DNA of 64,000 bases, taken from NCBI RefSeq assembly GCF_009914755.1, contig NC_060948.1; one strand, given 5' to 3'. The notes under the pieces are model-generated. The model was not told the origin of the DNA. It searched no databases and saw only the letters and a list, made by a program, of their open reading frames with translations. This stretch comes from the human T2T-CHM13v2.0 reference genome, Homo sapiens. Shown piece by piece: positions 54,139-64,000 of the stretch. Every line of letters begins with the position of its first letter. The stretch's first letter is position 1. The translations under genes and the position numbers were made by a program.

Positions 54139-55400
54139 GGATGCCTGGGGTGAGCGCCAGCTCATGTCATCACCCTCACTGAGCCCTGGGTATGTTTAAA
54201 CTTTGAAGGCCAGGAAATTTACTTCCTCCTGGCACTGGAACAGCTTTTTCAGTGTTAATCCCCTGTCCTGGGCAGCTGTCCTCAATGTCCGTTACCATCC
54301 AAGGAATCCTGGGATGGCCTGTAAAACCAGGTATTTCTCCCACCTCCTCAGTTGTATTTGGGAGACGTTGCTCTTTTCTCATGCCTTTCTTGTTATGCCT
54401 GCACATCCCATACGCTTATTAGGGAGGGACATATTAGCCAAAGCTGGAGCTATTGTCTACATGAATATGGGGAACAAGTTACTGATTTGTTGTCCCCTGC
54501 TTGAGGAAGGAATCAAGCCTGTAGTCTGGGTGTTGGAAGGAACAAACTCAAGCTCCAGCCATAAGCCTTGCCACAGGACAAAACTTCTCTTTATACATCA
54601 CAGAGAGAACAGGAATAGCTCTTGGGGTCCTTACTCAGACTCATGGGACAACCCCACAACCAGTGGTATACCTCAGTAAGGAAACTGATATAGTAGAAAA
54701 AGGCTAGCCTCACTGTTTACAGGTACTTGCAGCAGTGGCCATCTTAGTGTCAGAGGCTACAAGGAAAGGATCTCACTGTCTGGACTACTCATGATGTAAA
54801 CGGCATATTAGGTGCCAAAGGAAGTTTATGGCTTTCAGACAACCACCTGCTTAGATACCAGGCACTACTCCTTGAGGGACTGGTGCTTCAAATACAGACA
54901 TGTGAGGCCCTCAGCCCTGCCACTTTTCCCCCAGAGAATGGGGAACCAGTCGAGCATGACTGACAACAAATTACAGTCCAGACTTATGCCACCCAAGAGG
55001 ATCTCTTAGAAGCCCCCTTAGCTAATCCTGACCTTAACCTGTATACCGATGGAAGTCCATTTGTGGAGACTGGGATACAAAGGGCATGTTATACCATAGT
55101 TAGTGATGTAACCATACTTGAAAGTAAGCCTCTTCCCCCAGAGACCAGCACCCAGTTAGCAGAACTAGTGGCACTTAGCTGAGCCTTAGAACTGGGAAAG
55201 GGAAAAACAGTAAAGGGGTATACAGATAACAAGTATGCTTATCTAATCCTACATGCCCATGCTGCACTATGGAAAGAAAGGGAATTCCTAACCTCTGGGG
55301 GAACCCCTATTAAATATCACAAGGATATCATTGAATTATTGTACGCAGCGCAAAAACCCAAGGAGGTGGCCATCTTACACTGCCAAAACCATCAAAAAGG
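54139..55400 (+). pseudogene. ERV9 protease/pol remnant: most of RT deleted, RNase H present, integrase absent
   Basis: HAFLVMP...LLGRDILAK protease end; LYTDGS and YTDNKYAYLILHAHAALWKER RNase H; followed by a GA-rich tract at 55440-55650. Confidence 0.8.
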
Positions 55401-56249
55401 GGAAGGAGAGGGGAGAACTGCAGGATAAGCATCTGTCAGAGGCAGGGAAAGATCAGCAGAAAGGAAAGAGAGAAGAGAAAGAACATCAGAGGGAAAGAGA
55501 GGAAGAGACAGAGAAAAAGAGGGAGTCAGAGAGAGAGAGAGAAAGAGAGAGACAGAAAGTCAAAGAGAGAGAGCAAGAGACAGAAAAAGAGGGAGTCAGA
55601 AAGAGAGAGACAAAGAAGAATTCAAAGAGAAAGAAAGAGATATGGAAGTAGTAAATCAAAAACAGGGTACCCTGTTCCTTTAAAAGCCAGGGTAAATTTA
55701 AAACCTATAATTCATAATGACGGTCTTCTCCATAACCCTATAACTGCACTCCAATACCACCTTGTTCTCAGCATAAACAAGGGCATAGCCCCAAAGCACT
55801 GAGGCCACGGACAACCCATAGCCTTCCTATCAAAAATCCTTAACCCAGCAGGTTTCCTAACAGGGGATCTAAATCTTAACTAATTACCATACAAAGGTCT
55901 GACCAGGCCTAGGAGGAACCCCCTTCAGGACAGGAAGATAGACGATTCCTCCCAGAAGATTAAGGAAAAAGACACAATGGGCATTCAGTAAGTGACAAGG
56001 AAACTCTTGCAGAAGTAGAGTTAGGAAAATTGCCTAAAAACTGGTCTGCTCAAACCTGTGAGCTCTTTGCACTCAGTCAAACCTTAAAGTACTTACGGAA
56101 TCAGGAAGGAGCCATCTATAGCAATTCTAAGTTAATATGGACTGAATAAGGTCTTTTTAATAGCACAGAACAATGGAAAGCCCAAACTTACAAGGTTTTC
56201 AACAAAAGTAAAGTTTGCTAAAACTTTACAGTGTAACATGTATTATCCT

Positions 56250-56800
56250 AATACCACACACTCTCATCTCAAAGGATTTCTCAGACAGTTTGCAAGAACT
56301 AACAAAACCTATCCTTACTCTACAATCCCAAATACATTCTTTGGCAGCAGGGACTCTCCAAGGCCTGGACCTCCTCACTGCTGAGAAAGGAGGACTCTGC
56401 ACCTTCATAGAGGAAGAGTGTTGTTTTTACACTAACCAGTCAGCGATAGTATGAGTTGCCACCCGGTGTTTACAGGAAAAGGCTTCTGAAATCAGATACC
56501 GCCTTTCAAACTCTTATACCAACTCTGGAGTTGGGCAACATGGCTTCCCCGCTTTTGAGGTCCCACAGCAGCCATCTTGCTACTACTCACCTTTGGGCCC
56601 TGTATTTTTAACCTCCTTGTCAAATTTGTTTCCTCTAGGATCAAGGCCATCAAGCTACAGATGGTTTTACAAATAGAACCCCAAACAAGCTAAACTAACA
56701 ACTTCTACTGAGGACCCCTGGACCAACCCATTGGTCCTTTCACTGGCCTGAAGAGCTCCCCTCTGGAGGACACCACAACTGGAGGGGCCCTTCTTCACCC
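56250..56800 (+). pseudogene. env TM remnant (SU absent)
   Basis: [41 protein letters not shown] (ORF 56215..56454). Confidence 0.88.
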
Positions 56801-56934
56801 CTATCCAGCAGGAAGTAGCTGGAGAGGTCATCACCCAATTCCCAACAGCAGTTGGGCTGTCCTGTTTATAGGGGGGATTGAGAGGTGAAGCCCGCTGGAC
56901 TTCCTGGGTCGGGTGGGGACTTGGAGAACATTTC

Positions 56935-57350
56935 TGTCTAGCTAAAGGTTTTTAAATGCACCAATGAGTGCTCTGTGTCTAGCAAAAAGTTTGCAAATGC
57001 ACCAATCATTACTCTGTAAAGATGCACCAATCAGCACTCTGTGTCTAGCTAAAGGTTTGTAAATGCACCAATCAACACTCTGTAAAAAGGCACCAATCAG
57101 CTCTCTGGGTCTAGCTAAAGGTTTGTAAACACACCAATCAGCACTCTGTAAAAACACACCAATCAGTATTCTGTGTCTGCGTAAAGGTTTGTAAAAGCAC
57201 CAATCAGCACACTGTAAAAACACACCAATCAGTGCTCTGTGTCTGGCTAAAGGATTGTAAGTGCACCAATCAGTACTCTGTAAAAACTGATCAATCAGCC
57301 CTCTGTAAAATGGACAAATCAGCGCTCTGTAAAATGGACCAATCAGCAGG
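56935..57350 (+). promoter_or_regulatory. LTR12 U3 tandem CCAAT (NF-Y-type) repeat array
   Basis: Repeated CACCAATCAGCACTCTGT(GTCTAGCTAAAGG/AAAA) units upstream of GGGAATAAAAGC. Confidence 0.7.
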
Positions 57351-58336
57351 ACATGGGCAGGGCAAAATAAGGGAATAAAAGCTGGCCACCCAAGCCAGCA
57401 GCGGCAACCCACTTGGGTCCCCTTCCACACTGTGGAAGCTTTGTTCTTTTGCTCTTCACAATAAATCTTGCTGCTGCTCACTGTTTGGGTCCTCACTACT
57501 TTTATGAGCTATAACACTTACCACGAGGGTCTGTGGCTTCAATCCTGAAGTCAGCGAGACCACAAACCCACCATAAGGAAGAAACTCCAGACACATTTGA
57601 ACATCTGAAGGAACAACCTCCGGACACACCATCTTTAAGAACTGTTAACACTCACCACAAGGATCTGCGGCTTCATTCCTGAAGTCAGCAAGACCAAGAA
57701 CCCACTAGAAGGAACCAATTTTGGACACAAAATGATACCAACAGTAATTTGGATTAGTCATATCTGCTGGAATATAAGTGATGCATTAATCTTTCTTGGG
57801 GATGACAGTTCTAGGCCATCCAGTTTCAGAAATATGGCTCAGCAATGGAGCCCAGTGGTGTTTCATGAGGAATAAGAATCCCAAAGTTTGACCCATAGCC
57901 CATAGAATGCCCTCAACCCAAGACTGTACTCTTTGATGTAGTTGTCAGAAGCGTAAGGCCTTAGAGAAACAAAACATGAGATATTTCCTACATGAACGAA
58001 CACCTTCTTCTCTTGGAGAGCAGGCAAAATAAACAAATTCAGGTGATAGGTGCATCCCTAATTTGAATACCTAAAACATGAAATGCTACAGGATCTTAAA
58101 CATTTTGTGCATGGACATGACACCACATGTGGAAAATTGCATCTCTGACCTCATGTGATAGGTGACAGTAAAAACACAGGTGCAGAACACACAGTTTATT
58201 CAGTGTCACTAAAGGAAGAAAGATACCCTCACTCTCCACCCCTGCAGCTCCCATCAGCTGCAGTATATCTTTTCCAGGCATGCCACACTACTCCCATGTA
58301 TGCATACCCACAAAGAGCAATAAAAGGACAGGAGGC

Positions 58337-58905
58337 ACAGGCGCGGTGGCTCACACCTGTAATATCAGCCCTTTGGGAGGCTGAGACAGGTGGATTGCCT
58401 GAGGTTAGGAGATCAACACCAGCCCGGACAACATGGTGAAACCACGTCTCTGCTAAATATACAAAAATTATGCAGGTGTGCCTGGGCACGGTGGCTCACG
58501 CCTGTAATCCCAGCACTTTGGGAGGCCGAGGCAAGCAGATCATGGTGAAACCCTGTCTCTACTGAGAATACAAAAAATTAGCCCGGTGTGATGGTGGGCG
58601 CCTGTAGTCCCAGCTACTCGGGAGGCTCAGGCAGGAGAATGGCGTGAACCCGGGAGGCGGAGCCCGCAATGAGCCGAGACCGTGCCACTGCACTTCAGCC
58701 TGGGCGAAAGAGTAAGAGTCCGTCTCAAAAAAAACATATCTATCCAGGTGCAGTGGCAGGTGTCTGTAATCCCAACTACTCAAGAGGCTGAGGCAAGAAA
58801 ATCTCTTGAACTCGGGAGGTGGAAGTTACAGTGATCTGAGATAGCAACACTCTATCCTGGCAACAGAGACTCCATCTCAAAAAAAAAAAAAAAAAAAAAA
58901 AAAAG
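58337..58905 (+). mobile_element. Alu nested in Alu (inner ~58480-58735)
   Basis: Outer left arm, then an inner Alu with a left-arm deletion, then the outer right arm plus poly-A. Confidence 0.85.
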
Positions 58906-59314
58906 ATAATGGACATTTGTTCAGCTGTGTGAACCAACGTCAGATTCCCGAAGTTGTCCCACAGGACGCCCTACATGCATTACTCTCTGTGGTTTTTTTC
59001 CATGCTTATTTTTGCTCTGTGGTGTAAACATATTGTTAAAAATGTCCAAAGCCTGCCCTATGGGTAACAGTGATAAGAAAAACACGACGTGTTTATGTGT
59101 ATCTATACCACCGAAAATCAAGCACTAGGAGAAACTGGACAGCATCTTACAGAAGAGTACAATGTTGGAGTGATCACCACATACAGTTTCTTCTCATTAA
59201 AAAAATACAGTTGTCCTTTAACCAAAACACAGCATCACAGGTGGACTCTGGACACCTTGCCATTGTCTGTTGCTTCTGTTGTTTAACATCGGATACAGGT
59301 GTTCTGGCGGTGCT

Positions 59315-59770
59315 TGACAGAGCAGGAGCACCGTCATCTCACACAAACACCACGATTTTAAGTTCCAGCTCCCTTTCTAGCTTCATGCATTCCAAGCAAA
59401 TCACTTCTCTTCAAACTACAAGCAGAAAGAGCAATAAAACACAGATAAGACAGCTCAGGCACAGAGGAGGTAGCAGGGAAAGTCTCTTGGGTAACTGCCA
59501 AACTTCACCCTCATACAATGGACCCCAGTAAAACAGTGGGCCTTAATGAGCACATTCTTTTCCCTTCAGGTGCACGAAGTTAGGGAAGCTAAAAGCAGTC
59601 TTGGGTCGTATGCCTGCAGCTGCAGAAAGATACACATGGGAACAGACACAGAAAGGGTGGCTCTGACCTAACTCAGCTAGCCTTCCCGGTGAGGTTTATT
59701 AAAAATAAACCTGCCCCTGTTGACTCTAAAGACATCCTTCTGTTTCTCTCTTCTTTCTTTAATTCGTACA
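59315..59770 (+). mobile_element. Solo ERV1 LTR (LTR19-like; family uncertain)
   Basis: TG...CA termini; perfect 5-bp TSD GTGCT at 59310-59314 and 59771-59775. Confidence 0.75.
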
Positions 59771-59823
59771 GTGCTACTGTGCAGCTTATTTACTCTGAAC
59801 ACATTAATATTCCACTGTATTAA

Positions 59824-60385
<562 letters not shown>

Positions 60386-61080
60386 AAGACTCTTGTCCAC
60401 GTGGTTCGCTGAGATAATGACATCTTTGCTCTCTGATGGTTCAGCATACATAAACGTTGTTTCACATACAAAATTAGTTTTAAACATTATATAAGATTAC
60501 CTTCATTCTGTGTGTATTAGATGTATATGAAACATTAATAAACGTTGTGCTCAGACTTGAGTCCCATTCCTAAAATATCTCATAGTGAATATGCAGATAC
60601 TCCAAAAATTTTAAAAATTCAATATCTGAAAGGCTTCTGGTCTCTAACATTTTAGATAAGGGGTGCTTAACCTGTAACTTGCAATATTTCTCTTCTGCTC
60701 TTTCTTTCTCTCCTCTGCCATCCAACCCATTGTAATTAATCCTTCAAATCTACTTCCACTGTAATGTTCAATCTTATTTCCCATCTGCCACACAAACTCA
60801 CTTGGAAGTTTCATAATATATTGCCACATTCCTGTACCTATGCTTGTTCTTTATGAATATCACCCTCTATTACTTTGTGAAACTTTAATTCATTAAAACA
60901 AACTGGAGGATTGCTAAATGAGTTATCAATGTTACTTTCCAGATTGTGAGCAAAGGATTTCAAAAGTAAGAATTAACCATAATGGGAAATTGGCAACCCT
61001 TAAAACTTTATTTAATGAGTTCCTAGGACATTTTGGGATAGAGACTAGATTCTGTAAATATTAGGTAGAAATTTGAGGAG

Positions 61081-61083
<3 letters not shown>

Positions 61084-61119
<36 letters not shown>
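61084..61119. repeat. (CA)n microsatellite
   Basis: Direct reading. Confidence 0.9.
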
Positions 61120-61121
<2 letters not shown>

Positions 61122-61765
61122 TTTAATGTATACATGATACATATATCATTAATAATATATATGAGATATAAGGTATGGATAATTTGATATAAAATGAAAT
61201 ACTATTTCTTTCCATATATATTTCCATCCTACTTTATATATAAATATATATGCACTTTATATAATATATACTTTATATATATATAGTAACATGGAAATAT
61301 TAACGTAGAATGGGAGACTTGCGGACATCTAGGTTGTTTATAAGAGTTTACATTTCTAGGACACCAATGATTTTATGTTGAAAAGCTTTATCTCTTAGGG
61401 ACTGAAAAACACTTCTACTACATGTAAATGGGAGGACAAATATGTCTTGGATATATTTGTATTTGTTTTTACAAAGTGGGATTTTACTAAATGCATTGCT
61501 CTGAGACTTTTTTGTTTGGAAAATGATCATATTTTAAATCCTTCATGTTTTTATTTTGTTTAATTTTTATTCATTTTTTAAAATTTATATATACATATAT
61601 ACATAAACACACACACACGTATATATACACATGACATGTGAAATATGTGGTTTATTTAGCCTTTAAATGATTGCATTATTTTAGAAAAAGAAAAGAAAAA
61701 GAAACACTAAAATTGTTTTCCAAAAGGATAATATGACATATTGCTCCTCATAAGAGGGCATTAGC

Positions 61766-62335
61766 TGCAGGGGTCTGGCCGCAGACCCTGACCCAAACGA
61801 TGGGTGAAGGAAACATACATTGACACATGGAAATTCTGCTTTGCCAGTCCAGCTGAGTGTCTGATGGCATACATACCAAGAGAGGTTTGTCACTGCAGCC
61901 GGCCCTGAACAGCTCAAACTTCAGGCATTTATTTTGTATGCAATTAACAACAGAAACTCTGAGTCAACAAACTTGTGGATAATTAAAATGATTAGAGAGT
62001 AGTTCTACAAATGATTAAAGCTCAGGTACCGGGGTCTAAAGTAAATACCATTAGGGGGCAATATCCTTGGTCAACCTCCCCCCAGGGGGCCATCTGGCTT
62101 AAAGGTTAGTTAATGGAGGTAGGATAAACAGACTTAACTGCGGAAGCTTCTATTTTCCATGGTATTTACTCTATGATCTAATGCTCTAAGGTGAGAACCG
62201 GCTGCCTTCGGCCCGTTCAATTATTACAAACTATGTGACCTTTCAGACTTCCAGAAAGGTTTGTGACTATTCCATATAACTTTCCCTAATATTTCCCAGT
62301 AATATTTCTGCCACCATCCTCAGTGAAGCCCAACA
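61766..62335 (-). mobile_element. Solo LTR22-like (HML-5) LTR
   Basis: Minus strand begins TGTTGGGCTTCACTGAGGATGGTGGCAGAAATATT; TSD TTAGC/TTAGT. Confidence 0.7.
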
Positions 62336-63107
62336 TTAGTAAGATACCCTTTTTAGTATTGTTTGAGCCCATCAATAAAAACAGCAGAGTTTATTTAATA
62401 GCATCACTCACAGAAGTAAGTTTTAAAAACCAGTCAGTAGTTAAGGAGTCACATTTTTTATTTTAATATTTTCCAAGGTGGCCTGTGCCCTAGTTTTCAA
62501 TTAAAATGAAGCTTTAGTTGAAGCATTCATTATTTATTAGATTTTATTCCTCACTATAAATCACTGTAATAATGGAGAAACAGAGAACAGAAGATTCTCA
62601 TTATGGACTTTCACAGGACACATTTAAACTCTTTTACCTCTATATTATTTAAAATCTGTTGCCCAAAGTAGTTTTGAAATGCAATCCACCTATTACGGCA
62701 ACTACACCAACTGACATTAAATTTGTTCAGTTCCTCCTTAAAGTGGTAAAAGAGAACAATGACTCATCGGGCATTTTTAGAATGTTCATTAGGGGTTTTC
62801 CAGCCAGGAAGCACAGATTCCCCATGGCTAGGTATGAGAAGACAGAAAATTGAGCCAATTAATTACCACATAACATAATGATATAATTAATCCTTCAAAT
62901 TTGCAACAAGCACTGCAACAGGGGAGAATTCGCCCTTGTTCTACATTTGGTCACTGGGATTCATTGGATACAAATTTAGATTGGACTAGTTATGGGAAAG
63001 CTATAAAAGGAGAAAAGGGAGAATTTTCTTTCCCTTGGTTATGTCAAGTTGTCAGTCAAATGAGCCGAATGTGAGCAATGCTGAAGAAATTATAGGAGAC
63101 TCCCTGT

Positions 63108-63307
63108 GCAATTGCTCAACCACAGCTGTATTGGCATTTGGAGCTGGATGGTCCTCGGCTGGGTAGAGGCTATCTTGTGTATGCTAGGATGGTTAGCACA
63201 TCCCTGGCCTTACTCCTTGCATATCAATAGTACCGTTCCCCAGTCTGGGCAACCAAAATGTGTCCAAATGTCTCCTAAGGGGCCAAATAACCCTAATGGA
63301 GAACTAG
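63108..63307 (+). mobile_element. MER20 hAT fossil
   Basis: CTCAACCACAGCTGTATTGGCATTTGG...TAGGATGGTTAGCACATCCCTGGCC...CAACCAAAATGTGTCCA. Confidence 0.75.
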
Positions 63308-63514
63308 TCAATAGAAAGATGGAACATACAGCTTGAAATCTATAGGAGAAGAGACAATGTATACATTCAGGATATTTGTAGGATATACATAGTCTATTAT
63401 TCTATCTATACTGGATACTGTGCAGATCCATTGTCTTCGTAATTAATAAAGTATTTTCTGATGTAGTTAATAAGCAAGTCATTATTTGCTTTTATATTCA
63501 AAGCTCTAGAGTAA

Positions 63515-64000
<486 letters not shown>

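Larger units (their letters stand above)
50862..57729 (+). mobile_element. ERV9 (HERV9/LTR12) provirus with two LTRs, defective
   Basis: 5' LTR 50862-51423, 3' LTR 56879-57729, perfect 4-bp TSD AAAT (50858-50861 / 57730-57733), primer-binding site, gag-pro-pol remnants, env TM remnant, polypurine tract. Confidence 0.95.

Noticed and set aside
56935-57496. CRISPR-like repeat array and 184-aa ORF
   Set aside because: These are LTR12 U3 tandem repeats without unique spacers or cas genes; the ORF is their antisense translation.
59070-59531. 153-aa ORF
   Set aside because: Spans a Tigger/LTR junction by chance; non-ATG start and no domain.

Overview
Repeat-dense primate (almost certainly human) genomic DNA with no credible host protein-coding gene. 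The dominant structure is a giant inverted repeat: bases 1-2114 are the reverse complement of 48323-50436 (position i pairs with 50437-i, no net indel), enclosing a 46,208-bp spacer. The spacer size and two STRs matching my recollection of the Y markers DYS534 and DYS533 point to the inner arms and spacer of Y-chromosome palindrome P6; the right arm probably runs to the window end. The rest is Alu, L1, ERV9/LTR12 proviruses, other LTRs, DNA-transposon fossils and microsatellites. The most interesting observation is that arm identity stops exactly at a solo LTR13 insertion, beyond which a colinear ~86%-identical 'ghost' of the arm continues for ~220 bp, suggesting the retroviral insertion set the boundary of arm-to-arm gene conversion. 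Several local templated duplications and small inversions and a pristine AluYa5 in the presumed arm also merit follow-up. I found no support for a new protein-coding system. Repeat subfamily and marker names are from recalled consensus sequences, identities are hand estimates, and many repeat boundaries are approximate.
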